DNA of 64,000 nucleotides from an uncultured virus (IMG/VR IMGVR_UViG_3300021197_001384) (lineage: Duplodnaviria > Heunggongvirae > Uroviricota > Caudoviricetes): the IMG/VR virus record IMGVR_UViG_3300021197_001384. One strand, written 5' to 3'. The position numbers were made by a program, and so were the translations under genes. Shown piece by piece: positions 18,997 to 29,100 of this stretch (the stretch's first letter is position 1; every line of letters begins with the position of its first letter). A model generated the notes under the pieces. It did not search any database and was not told the DNA's origin. It saw only the letters and a program-made list of their open reading frames with translations.

Positions 18997-19036
18997 TTGT
19001 TAACGTGTAATTAAATAGCATATAAATTCAACCATA

Positions 19037-19810
19037 TTAATTTGTTAATCTGATCGCTTGAATAAATCCAGATGGTCCGCTAGGAGTAGAGCTTCCTACG
19101 TCTAAAGTAGATGCGTTGGTACGGAAAACCTTAAAGTAAATTACTTTGCTTGCAGTAACAGTCGTTACTCCTACGCATCCAAGATCTGTCCGAGGAAGAT
19201 CTGTTTCAACAAACTGAGCTGCACCTCCACCAAAGGCAGCAGAATCAGTATTGTTCCAAAACTGTGCGCTAATAGCGTCCGCAACATCACTGGTTCGGGC
19301 AGCAACTGAGCCAATAAGCAACCATGTACCGGAGGTCAAAGTAACCGTAGGAGCATTAGATGTATCAAACACAAGGTCAGAACCAGATGATCCGGTCTGG
19401 GTTACCCCCGCACTTGCAGACAGGTTGCTATTAAGGTTACTGCCTAAAATGCCTAAGCTTGTCCGTGCAGCAGAGGCTGTAGTTGCAGCAGTACCGCCAT
19501 TAGCAATAGCTACGGTACCGGTAACGTTGGTGGAGGTTCCGTTAACATTACCCGTAACATCGCCCGTTAAAGGACCACTGAAAGCCGTAGCCGTTACAGT
19601 GCCACCGCTATTCCAAGAAGGACCACCTGCGCTTATTTTTGCTGGAGAGACTCCACCGTCTTTTACAATAATAGAACCGCTTGATATTTGCGTAGAAACA
19701 TTATCAACCGCACCAGATGCAAAAGTTGCATTGTTAACAGATTCGTTAAGATTAGTTGACGTAACCTGATCGTTTGCGGTGTATGTGTTGCCTGTAACAA
19801 GAATTGACAT
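19037..19810 (-). CDS. minor tail/structural protein
   Basis: S/T/G-rich; AIANGGTAATTASAARTSLG fibre motif. Confidence 0.6.
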   Translation of the reverse strand: MSILVTGNTYTANDQVTSTNLNESVNNATFASGAVDNVSTQISSGSIIVKDGGVSPAKISAGGPSWNSGGTVTATAFSGPLTGDVTGNVNGTSTNVTGTVAIANGGTAATTASAARTSLGILGSNLNSNLSASAGVTQTGSSGSDLVFDTSNAPTVTLTSGTWLLIGSVAARTSDVADAISAQFWNNTDSAAFGGGAAQFVETDLPRTDLGCVGVTTVTASKVIYFKVFRTNASTLDVGSSTPSGPSGFIQAIRLTN

Positions 19811-19828
19811 TGTTATATTTTACCACGT

Positions 19829-22003
19829 TTACTGCTTAGAACTAATTGTAAGATCGGTAAGCTGAGATGTTGATTTAATTGCGCGAATTTTAGGCCTTCC
19901 CTGGGTAGGGGAAATGGTAAATTGTGCACCATATCCGCGCACGTTGTTGCACCGTCCACGTACCGATGCGTCTTCTGAAATGGCTAGCTTCTCACCAAGA
20001 AGGTCGCTAACAGAGTCAAGAGCTTCAACAGAATCCGGATTTTCTGTTTCAAGACTAATGGTAGCATCAGATTCGTTGCTTTCAGAGCTTTCAATCTGAA
20101 GCTCAAAAGAATTATAGCGTTTGCGATCCATTGTCCCGGCAGTGTATTGCCGAGTAGTAATGTAAGAAGCAATTCCGTAAGGAGTGGCCGGATAGCTTAT
20201 TTGATTGATAATCAAGTCGTTGTCGTCATTTCGATCATCAATAATGTGAATCCCACCAAAAGAGTTTACTGCATACAGCTTATTAAGAGAACCCGATCCG
20301 GCACGAATTAAGTTTCTAACATTCCAGTTTGGCGCATCAACCGTATCAACGGACTCCCACCCTTGAGTAAGAAAGTTATAAACAATAATAGCATTATTTT
20401 CCGTAGAAGACCCAATTGGAACAGAAAGATAATACCGATTGTCGTGGTAAATAGCTACGGCATTTTTAGCGTACTCGGTGTTAATCTGTTTAATAATTGG
20501 GTTAATTGATTCGGACAAAGGAACTGATGCACCACGCAGATTGTATAAGTCTTCAAATGTCATGGCGTAAACGCCATTGTCAGAAAGAAAAAGAATCTGA
20601 TTGCCTACCTGCACAACTGACTTTCTAGCCAAACAACCCACTTCACGGGTAATTTCTTGCACTATAGTTGAGGCTACATCCCCACTAACGCCACGCACAA
20701 GATGTATGGTGTTCCTATTAAAAATAACAAGGTTGTCCTCGGTAAAAGGCTGGATAGCTACCACAAAGTCTGCTCCGCCTGACGCGATGCGATAGTTGGC
20801 GTAAATTTGATCGTAGGTATTAGGGTCTAAAATATCGGACGCAATAATCTCGTCTGTAATTCCACGAGATGTAATTGTTGGAGACCCAGAGCTTCCGGCC
20901 ATAGTGTACAGGTACGGCATCCACAAACGACGCTGGTGGTAAATAGCAAATGGCGGGGCGGGCATGTGGGTAAATCCTGTACCCGTAGGAATCCTGCGGC
21001 TATAAATTACCGTATGTGAGTTAAGATCAGGAACGGCAGCAAAAAAAGTAAAGCTGTCTTGGTCCGGAACCGTAGCAACAATATATCCATCGGATTTTTC
21101 TTCCAAAGAAGAAGACCCTTTGTCAATTACGTAAACACGATCTCCAACAGTGACTCCATGATTTGTTTCACTAATGGTTACAACACCGTTTAAAATAACA
21201 GTGTTTTGGTTTGCACTAAAATATACGGGTTGTGAATATTGACCGTTTTCAACTAAATCAAAAGCAGGACTTCCGGTAAGGTCTCCGTTCCATTGCAAAG
21301 CAGTTAAACCATTGCGGAAAATAAAAACCTGATTAAACGCTTGTAGCATTTCAACATTGGCTGAAATGCTTACGTCAGACGGATAATCAATTTGTATAGA
21401 CGTTCCGTCAGACAGGTTAATTGCATAAGCAAACTCAGTTGTTGCAATTACAATGTATTCTGTGTTGTTTGTGTCCGGATTGGAAAAAAGGCATGAGCCA
21501 TAAACAGAGTTTACGGCATTATCCTCAAGGCGGGGAGCACCAACAACAGCATTTCCTGCAATGCTGCCAGAAAGACCTACAACAGTAATTTCAATTGTAG
21601 TTGAATCAATTACCGTAATAAGCCTATTTCCGTTGGGGTCAGGCGTAAGTCCGGTAATCCCCGAAATATTGGCTAAAGTAGTTGTTACAAAAGGGTGCGC
21701 GGTAGCAAAAACAATAGTAATTTTATCGCCAACCTGGCTAATAGAGCTAGCCGTTGTGTTGGGATAAAGGTAAAACGGCAAACGCAAAGCAGCCGTATTA
21801 GTTGTAATTGGAGTGTCAAAATTGGTGATACCTTTGCGCGGTTGCCATGCCCCGCCAATATCCATGCGGCCATTAGATGAGTAAGCTATTTCCCCAGGCT
21901 GCAACTGGTCTGGGCGAAGCCGTGCATTTACGCGACTAAACGCGACATCCCCCTCGTCAACCATAGCGTTGTCAAGGGAACCATAATTGCTATACCTTGG
22001 CAT
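19829..22003 (-). CDS. tail nozzle / head stabilization protein (P22 gp10 or T7 gp12-like)
   Basis: 724 aa beta-rich; EVGCLARKSVVQVGNQILFLSDNGVY motif. Confidence 0.75.
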   Translation of the reverse strand: MPRYSNYGSLDNAMVDEGDVAFSRVNARLRPDQLQPGEIAYSSNGRMDIGGAWQPRKGITNFDTPITTNTAALRLPFYLYPNTTASSISQVGDKITIVFATAHPFVTTTLANISGITGLTPDPNGNRLITVIDSTTIEITVVGLSGSIAGNAVVGAPRLEDNAVNSVYGSCLFSNPDTNNTEYIVIATTEFAYAINLSDGTSIQIDYPSDVSISANVEMLQAFNQVFIFRNGLTALQWNGDLTGSPAFDLVENGQYSQPVYFSANQNTVILNGVVTISETNHGVTVGDRVYVIDKGSSSLEEKSDGYIVATVPDQDSFTFFAAVPDLNSHTVIYSRRIPTGTGFTHMPAPPFAIYHQRRLWMPYLYTMAGSSGSPTITSRGITDEIIASDILDPNTYDQIYANYRIASGGADFVVAIQPFTEDNLVIFNRNTIHLVRGVSGDVASTIVQEITREVGCLARKSVVQVGNQILFLSDNGVYAMTFEDLYNLRGASVPLSESINPIIKQINTEYAKNAVAIYHDNRYYLSVPIGSSTENNAIIVYNFLTQGWESVDTVDAPNWNVRNLIRAGSGSLNKLYAVNSFGGIHIIDDRNDDNDLIINQISYPATPYGIASYITTRQYTAGTMDRKRYNSFELQIESSESNESDATISLETENPDSVEALDSVSDLLGEKLAISEDASVRGRCNNVRGYGAQFTISPTQGRPKIRAIKSTSQLTDLTISSKQ

Positions 22004-22090
22004 GTTTTTAGTATACCTTAATAATTAACTTCAATATGGTCAACTACCTGTACCTAGCCATTTTCTTGGAAATAGGCGCAGGCATTTTCA

Positions 22091-22339
22091 TTAACAGTTC
22101 CAAGCGCGCCGACTCCAATAGTTGGCAGACAGCTTGTTGCTTTTGCCCTTAATGCCGCCGGATCGGGCACAATAGCTCTTTTTTCGGGCTGGCTGGCTTT
22201 TCTTAATGGTCATATTGGCATCTCCAAAACGCACCACTTTCTCTTTCCCGCCCTGACAGGCTTTGACGACAAACTTCTTACCGCCCTTAACCTCCCGTTT
22301 AGGGCGATTACAGGGCAAATCTCTAGGGTTCTTGGGCAT
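22091..22339 (-). CDS. small basic conserved phage protein
   Basis: KKFVVKA..VRFGDANM..ARKKSYCARS..SANYWS motif common in environmental phages. Confidence 0.7.
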   Translation of the reverse strand: MPKNPRDLPCNRPKREVKGGKKFVVKACQGGKEKVVRFGDANMTIKKSQPARKKSYCARSGGIKGKSNKLSANYWSRRAWNC

Positions 22340-22376
22340 TGGTATAGGTTTTCTTAGAAATCGCCTTAAAATGGCT

Positions 22377-22592
22377 TTATTTGGCCTTATTGGCGTTCTT
22401 CTCCTTGTTAAGTCTATCAAGGTTTTGAGACTGCTTCATAATCCAACGGACAGAAAATATACTAACCGTAACCGATCCAAGCAACGCAGCCACTTGCAAA
22501 AGGTCAGCAGCCAGTTGAAGGACCGCAAGGGTTGATGTCCAACTAAGAGCGTTTAGCAAGCCAATCCTGATAGTATCAAATATCTGAATCAC
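22377..22592 (-). CDS. small membrane protein (lysis module)
   Basis: Hydrophobic helices and basic tail; GTG overlapping holin stop. Confidence 0.5.
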   Translation of the reverse strand: MIQIFDTIRIGLLNALSWTSTLAVLQLAADLLQVAALLGSVTVSIFSVRWIMKQSQNLDRLNKEKNANKAK

Positions 22593-23032
22593 TTGGCGGT
22601 CCTTTGCAATGGACGTGATCCAAACCACCACATTACTGCTGTTGATGTAGCAAATACAAAGTCACCCAGAATTAAAGCAACTGCGGCCTCCCCTACAAAT
22701 CCTGCGGCAATAAAGAGAATCAGGGAAATAACCATAGCCCATGTCAACCCTGGGCGCGTAAACGTCCTAAAGGCATCCACCATTACACGCGTAGAAATCA
22801 CCCACAAAGGGGTGTTTTCCGGTATAGCCACAGAGCCATTGTCGCTTTTCAGACTAGAGTCGAAACTCTTAAACTCTGCCTCAATGACTTTGAGGCGAGA
22901 AATGGATTCCATCTTTTTAATCTCAAGCTCAGTTTCCCAAGCCTTAGACTTTGCATCTACTACCCTTTGAACGATTGAGAGAAGGCCGCCTAAAATAGAC
23001 CCACCAGCCGCACTAGAAAGAAATGTAAACAT
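22589..23032 (-). CDS. holin-like 3-TM protein
   Basis: N-terminal amphipathic helix, RPGLTW and WWFGSR motifs. Confidence 0.65.
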   Translation of the reverse strand: MFTFLSSAAGGSILGGLLSIVQRVVDAKSKAWETELEIKKMESISRLKVIEAEFKSFDSSLKSDNGSVAIPENTPLWVISTRVMVDAFRTFTRPGLTWAMVISLILFIAAGFVGEAAVALILGDFVFATSTAVMWWFGSRPLQRTAK

Positions 23033-23077
23033 GAGTTATTTTAACACATGCTTACATTTGCTTTCAAACTAATTGCA

Positions 23078-23239
23078 TTATTCCAGGGAGGGTTCTTGAG
23101 GCTCCTCTGGATCTTGTGCAGGCTGAAGAGCCTCCATGATTTCTTTAGCATATTGCGCCAAGGCATTATGCTGATCTGCATTAAGATTGGCAGAACGAGC
23201 GGCCAAATATAGTTGATTGAGCTTTTCTTTAATAGTCAT
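23078..23239 (-). CDS. small tail-fibre-associated protein
   Basis: Follows the fibre; similar to 58281-58448. Confidence 0.55.
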   Translation of the reverse strand: MTIKEKLNQLYLAARSANLNADQHNALAQYAKEIMEALQPAQDPEEPQEPSLE

Positions 23240-23277
23240 ACAAACAATATGTAAAACCACTTAATAGTGGTTGTCAA

Positions 23278-23661
23278 TTAGTTATTTTCCAATGCCTCAA
23301 GACGGGCAGTGAGTTCCTGCACCGCACCGACGAGCAGCGGAACCAGTTTAGATTGATCAATGCCTTGGTATTCTGGAACCGACCTAGTGCCCATGACGGC
23401 AGGAGTGACTTCGTTTCCATCGTCATCTAGGACGGCTGGAGTGACCTCGTATTCCTCGTCACGCATTGCGTCCTTCTCGCCGGAGATGGCTTCTGGAACG
23501 ACCTCTTCCACCTCATGAGCGATGAATCCATCTACCACAACCGAGTCATCCGCGATGAAGTTGAAGCGGCTGGGTTTGAGGTTTCCAATGCGTTGCAGCG
23601 AATCCGACATTGGCACCACGTTCTCCTTCAAACGATAGTCCGAAGAGGTGTTGTATGCCGT
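23278..23661. repeat. shared fibre block 1, diverged copy of 59544-59927
   Basis: Colinear at offset 36266 with scattered, mostly synonymous changes. Confidence 0.9.
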
Positions 23662-26175
23662 TGCACTGCCGCTGGTGCTAATAGACCCAACTTCCCCGTT
23701 GGGATTGTAAAACCTCATTTGGGACGCTGCGCCAGTGGTAGAGCGTCCGATTCTTGCAAATGAGTTTGCTCGATCATAGCCAAATGCGTCATTGGTTCCG
23801 TCAGGCAGTGACATTGCGCCGATGATGACGTCGCCGCCAGATTTAAGCATCATTCTCTCGGTTCGAGTGCCTGCTGAGTTCTCTACAAAGGTTAAGTTAT
23901 TTTGTGCTCCTCCTCCACTTGGGTCTTGGAGCGAGGTCTCCCACCAATAACTTGGGTTAGTGGTGTAAAGACTTATGAAGTTCCGATAGTTCTGAGAACC
24001 GCTTCCTCCTTGGAATCGGGCCAATTCGGTAGCACCAGATACAGACCCTTTAAATACGTGTAGGGGTGCCGCTGGTGCCGCCGTCCCCACGCCGACGTTG
24101 CCGCTGGAGTCGATCCGCATTGTTTCAGCTCCCCCATCGCGAGAAAATCTCACGTAATCTGAAGAGGGGTTTATTTCCAGTGGATAATAAAGCGTCCCAG
24201 CCGTGTTCGTGACCCCAAAACGAAGGGGTTGATCGATATACCTGTGTCGAACGTAGCCCGCACCATTACGATTAAGGTTGATAGAGTCATCATTCCACAA
24301 AGCCCCAGTGCTTCTAAAAGTGCCATTTACATCTAGCTTGTAGGAAGGCGTCGTATCGTTGATGCCGACGTTGCCGCTTTGGCTGATTCGCATGGCTTCA
24401 CTGTCAAGTGAGCCGCCGCCTCCACCTGTGCGAAACGATATGGACCCAGTCCCAGCCGTTGCGCCCCATGAACGAATCCGGAAGTCGTTATTATTAAAAT
24501 CGAGACCGCCCGCACTTGTTTGATTAAGAGAAACTCCTCCCCGTGCAAGGACAGGACCATTTACATCGAGAGTTGACTTCCCCGTTCCGGCTGGGGCAGG
24601 TGCCGTCAATCCGATGCCGAGGCCAGTGGAGGTGAATGTAGCGACATCGCCAGTTCCGACGACTCCAACCTTGGTGCTACTCTGCGTGAGATTGAGTATG
24701 CGACCTGTGCCGACGTGGTCGTAAATCGAAAGACCAGCCGACCCAGCGTAAAGGCGGGTTTCGTTTGAAACGTCTAGACCAAAAAGACGCCCGAAAAAAT
24801 CAACTTGTGTGCTTGCACTCAGACTCGTCGCCGCCACCGTGCTCGGCGTCGTCGCCCCAATCGTCGTGCCGTCAATCGTCCCGCCGTTGATGTCCGCCGT
24901 CCCGATGCCGACGCTGCCATTCTCGATAGTCATGCTTTCGGTGGACAGCAGGCCGGAGTAGAACCTAAGGATATTCCCGACGATGGAACCATCGATGTAT
25001 TGACTCGTGCCACGATTGAAGAACTCGACGGCTCCAACGCCTGCTTGGGCACCAGCGTTCATCTCGATGCCCTCGTTGCCAGTGTTGGACACCACCAGCC
25101 GTGACATGGGATTCACACTGCCAATGCCAACGTTGCCTGCGGTAGTGATCCGCATGCGCTCATTCACTCCGTCGTTGGCCTTGAAGGTCAGGTCGGCTCC
25201 ACCCTCGATGGTGAAGATGTCGCTGACTCCATGCTTCAGGCGGATGCGTGGCTCAAAGCCAGCGCCCGCATCCTTGGACTCGATGCCAAGCGAACCACGG
25301 TTGGTGTCCACCACGCCAAACGTGTTGGCGGGAAAGATGGTGGTGCCCACGCCGACGGAACCAAACTCACCACCAAGGAGCAGGTTCGTGACTTCGTCCT
25401 GAGTGTAGTCGTAGGCAAAGATCCGGCCGATGCCTGCATTAAGGTCAGGATTGGCAATGACCACGGAGCTGCGGTTGGGGCCGGTGTTATTCGCTGCCTC
25501 GATCTCGGTGAACCACCCGACGTCCGACACGGCCGTGCCGATGGGGCCGGGATCCGTCAGGTCCAATGAGCCAGCCAAGGCTGTATTGATTCCCTGAAGA
25601 TGGTCGACCAGCAGGTTGCCGCTGGCCACGTAGTTGGTTGGCGAATATCCGATGGTGACGTTCTGGTCAGTCGGCAGGTTGAGTGGCTCCCACCTGATGT
25701 CACCATTGGCATCGAACCCGAGCACGTTGTTTGATCGATCATTGACCGAGAGCGGGTTGATCCCTTGGTCGGCGATGGGCAACCGGAGAGCACGCTCGAC
25801 ACGGTCTTCCACCTTTTGCAACTGCATCACGATCTTGTCGTAGCTGGCCTCGACGGTCTGCGACGGCAGCTGGCCATTGTAGGGGAAGGTGGATTCCTGA
25901 ATGACCGGAATGCCACGGGAGATCACCACGGTGTCACCAGCAATCCAGCCTGAACCTGCGACCTCAATGATGCCGTCGAACTGGCCTGCGGTGCAGCCGC
26001 CTGAGGAGGAGTTGACGGTGTAATCAACATTGATGAGCAGATCGGTGTCCACTCCAGCACGGCGACGGGTTACTCGAACCTCGGTGTCGTGGAAGTAGCA
26101 AAACGGAATCGTCAGCGGGCTAGCTGGATTCGCGATGAGGAAGGATTGCCATGAGGCTTCAGATACAACGGACAT
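23278..26175 (-). CDS. tail fibre: T7 gp17-like N-terminal anchor, GNVGIG modules, C-terminal peptidase S74 chaperone
   Basis: TIPFCYF..VDYTV..VVISR..E.SYDKIVM anchor; TSSDYRLKENV..GFIAHEV..LVPLLVGAVQEL chaperone. Confidence 0.85.
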   Translation of the reverse strand: MSVVSEASWQSFLIANPASPLTIPFCYFHDTEVRVTRRRAGVDTDLLINVDYTVNSSSGGCTAGQFDGIIEVAGSGWIAGDTVVISRGIPVIQESTFPYNGQLPSQTVEASYDKIVMQLQKVEDRVERALRLPIADQGINPLSVNDRSNNVLGFDANGDIRWEPLNLPTDQNVTIGYSPTNYVASGNLLVDHLQGINTALAGSLDLTDPGPIGTAVSDVGWFTEIEAANNTGPNRSSVVIANPDLNAGIGRIFAYDYTQDEVTNLLLGGEFGSVGVGTTIFPANTFGVVDTNRGSLGIESKDAGAGFEPRIRLKHGVSDIFTIEGGADLTFKANDGVNERMRITTAGNVGIGSVNPMSRLVVSNTGNEGIEMNAGAQAGVGAVEFFNRGTSQYIDGSIVGNILRFYSGLLSTESMTIENGSVGIGTADINGGTIDGTTIGATTPSTVAATSLSASTQVDFFGRLFGLDVSNETRLYAGSAGLSIYDHVGTGRILNLTQSSTKVGVVGTGDVATFTSTGLGIGLTAPAPAGTGKSTLDVNGPVLARGGVSLNQTSAGGLDFNNNDFRIRSWGATAGTGSISFRTGGGGGSLDSEAMRISQSGNVGINDTTPSYKLDVNGTFRSTGALWNDDSINLNRNGAGYVRHRYIDQPLRFGVTNTAGTLYYPLEINPSSDYVRFSRDGGAETMRIDSSGNVGVGTAAPAAPLHVFKGSVSGATELARFQGGSGSQNYRNFISLYTTNPSYWWETSLQDPSGGGAQNNLTFVENSAGTRTERMMLKSGGDVIIGAMSLPDGTNDAFGYDRANSFARIGRSTTGAASQMRFYNPNGEVGSISTSGSATAYNTSSDYRLKENVVPMSDSLQRIGNLKPSRFNFIADDSVVVDGFIAHEVEEVVPEAISGEKDAMRDEEYEVTPAVLDDDGNEVTPAVMGTRSVPEYQGIDQSKLVPLLVGAVQELTARLEALENN
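23829..24080. repeat. shared fibre block 2, copy of 60095-60346
   Basis: 252 bp with few substitutions, offset 36266. Confidence 0.9.
24384..24888. repeat. shared fibre block 3, copy of 60788-61292
   Basis: 505 bp with one mismatch seen (GSISF versus GSMSF), offset 36404. Confidence 0.95.
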
Positions 26176-26187
26176 GATTTATTGGGA

Positions 26188-29100
26188 TTAGAGTCTGATT
26201 GTTGGTGATGATTTTTGAGATTCTTGGCGACGACGTTCTGCGCCTCCACCGAAGTGGCCATACCAGAAGCCACCGACCACGGGAACGGTGCGCCACAGGC
26301 TGAGATTTCCGGGCTTGAACTCCTCGCCGCTAGTTGCGGCCTTCGCCATCTCGGAAACTCCCTTGGCGGGCTCGGTAAACCACGGCACGGGGGGGGCCAG
26401 ATAAAGGGCTATGAACTTGGAGGGATCATTCAGTCGATCCATCTGCTGGATGTGGTAGTTGGAGAGGCCACCGAGCTTGTAGATGTTATCGACAGCGGTC
26501 TCGGACAGATTCATCTCCCGGCCCATGAGCCAGTCCTTGAGCATGTCCACTGGGACTCCGATCAACCAGAAGAGGGCAGCGAGACGGAGCACATTGCCCA
26601 TGCCCTGAGCCCGTTCTGCTGGGGTCTTACCGAAGACCACCTTATTCATTCCTTCACGCCAGAAGGCGTTGAGCTGTTTGACCGTAAAGGTCTTCAGCAT
26701 GTAGACGATCCGGCCGTTGGGATTGCGTAAGTATGCCTCAGGAAACTCGGAAAGATTGATGGGCTGGTAGTCAGCCAAGGTGGAGTAGGCGAGGAACTGA
26801 ACGTCCTCGGTGAGGTTGCCCGCCTTGAGGTCTTCCATCACCTGAGCTGCCTGCTCTGGAGTGAACGATGCATCGAGCGTGGCTTGGGACTTGGTGTCCA
26901 GAGTGCCAGTTCGGGCCAGCTTCTCCAGCATGTTGATCTTCCCGTTCATCAGCGTCTCCTTGCCGATGCGGTCCATCCACTTCAGGCCAGTCAACGTGAA
27001 GACTTGATCGAGCACCTTGTGGGTGGAGTCCATCGATGCGAACTCAGCCGAATGGGTCTCGATGTTGAACTGGTCACGGGTGACCCGGGCATTGCCACCG
27101 ATCACATCTGCAGCGGTGGAAACGGTGTTGAAGAATCCGTTCTCGTAGATGCTAAACGCGAAGTCACCGAGCTGGGTGAGCGTGCTGGTCAACTGGCCCA
27201 TCGTGGTGATGTAGCCAATCGTCTTAGCCCACCGGACCATTTGTTCCATGACGCCTTGGTTGAACCGAGCCTCCAGCATGGCACGAACTTCTTCGGCTTG
27301 CCCGGGAGGGGCGTCTGCCAGCTCCTCTGCCACGTAGGCGCCGATGGACTGGTTGATGTCGGTGGTGGTGCCGAACGTCTCTGACGCATCGGTGATGTTG
27401 TCCAGAGTCACGTTGTGCTTCCCGAAGAACTGGGCACGACCCACGGCATCTGCCGACTTGTTGATGTGGCTGATAAGGGCAGTGAGACTGTCCTCGTAGA
27501 ACTCGGCTGCAGCTGGGGTGACGATCCCAGTGGTGCGCTGCTTGGTGGCCGAAGGACCGGAGGTGCGGATGGTCTTCTTGGAAGCAAGAAACTCGTTGAG
27601 GACTTCCTGCTTCTCCAGCTCTCCGAAGGTGCGGCCGTCTTCCTGCATGCGCTTCTGCGTCTTGCGTATTAGGGCATCCAGTTCGCCACCATACTCGGAC
27701 CCGTAGTAGTGATTCCAGAGGGCATCGAGATCCTTCACCTTTCGGGGGAAGTAGTTGGCGATGAAGCCGATCTCGTAACCTGAGTCGATCATGCGCTGCT
27801 TGATGTCAGCGAGCAGGGATTCGACTGGCTCGATGGTCAGGTTGAACTGGGCGAGGATAGCATCACGGGTCTCGGTATCGCCATTCATGAGGGCAAGGTT
27901 GAGCCGTTCGTAGACGGCCTTGTCCTTCTTGATGCCCTCAAGGCCATCAATAAAGGGCTTTACCCGATTCAGATCACTGTGCTGGTTGATGCCGATTCCC
28001 ATCTCCATGCGACGGAGCAGCTGGGCAATACGGGGACTGATCTTGAAAAGGCGTTCCGAGATGGGGACCGCGAGTTGAGCACCAACCCGGGCAAAGCCCA
28101 TGTTGGTGGTGGCCATGATCCGTTGCTGCGGAGTCATTGCAGCCTGTTGCTTCTGGATAACCGTGTCGTCGGTCAGGTTGCCGTGGGCCTTGAGTGCCTC
28201 CAGCTGGAACGTGATCTCCTGCTCTGCGTTCAGGGGAACGCCGGAGAGCTGGAAAGTCTGGTCTACGCTTGGGCTGAATGCTCCATCTGAGCTGCTGGAT
28301 CGAAGAGTAGGTCGTAAAGCTCCAAATCCGAAAGCTTCGTATCCAGCATCTTTTCGTAAGCTGGCCGAGCTGCTTTCAGTCTGTTCACGATCTCGGGATC
28401 GAGCCCACTCGGGAGCTGCGATTCCATCGCTGAGGATTTGTTTTCTAGCTTGGCTGGCATTGGAGGAACTGTTCCAAATTTGCGCATACTTGTCAACGAA
28501 CGCCTCGTCCCGCTTGGCCGCATCAGGAAAGAGCATTCTGACAGCCTCCCATGTGATCGACTGCATCTGGCGAGGGAGTAGTCCGCGCTTGGCTGCAGCA
28601 CGCTTGTATGCCTCAAGGTGAAGCCAGTAGGTGCCTGAGTTGTGGGGGCCACCAACGCCAGCTTTACCAAAGTTGAGATCCACCTGATAACCGCTTCCAC
28701 CCATCGGGAACAGTAGGTCTGCATTCACTGCGTGGGTGTCCATGGTCGCATCCCCGAACAGCGTGTTGGGTGCGATGATGTTGTTGTAGAAGTTGCGGAT
28801 CTTGTGCTCCAACCCGAGCTGGGTGGAGATGTTTGCAAGGCTTCCATCGGTGGCCACCTTGAGCGCCTTCACGATGGCTGAAGTATCCTGCCACACCATT
28901 TGCTTGATGCCTCCGTCGTTGTTGGTGCGGACCCCCATCGCAAACCCCTCAGGTGCCAGAACGTCGTGCATCAGCCCATGCTTCTGAGTGGACACAATAC
29001 GAGTCGCCCATGCCGCCAGCTCTTGGTTCCCTTCATCCCAGAGTTGCTGGATGGACTTACCACCAATTCCCTTGAGCAGTTTGGCTCGATTCTGCTTGTC

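Larger units (their letters stand above)
1..24383. mobile_element. Phage A, left arm: early/replication genes (+), then virion and lysis genes (-)
   Basis: Dense phage-type ORFs (DnaB, nucleases, nozzle, internal virion proteins, holin); gene order continues from the 61.3-64 kb arm across the shared tail-fibre repeat. Confidence 0.85.

Noticed and set aside
23278..24888. Diversity-generating retroelement template/variable repeat pair
   Set aside because: Differences between the fibre copies are not adenine-specific, both copies are coding, and no reverse transcriptase is present
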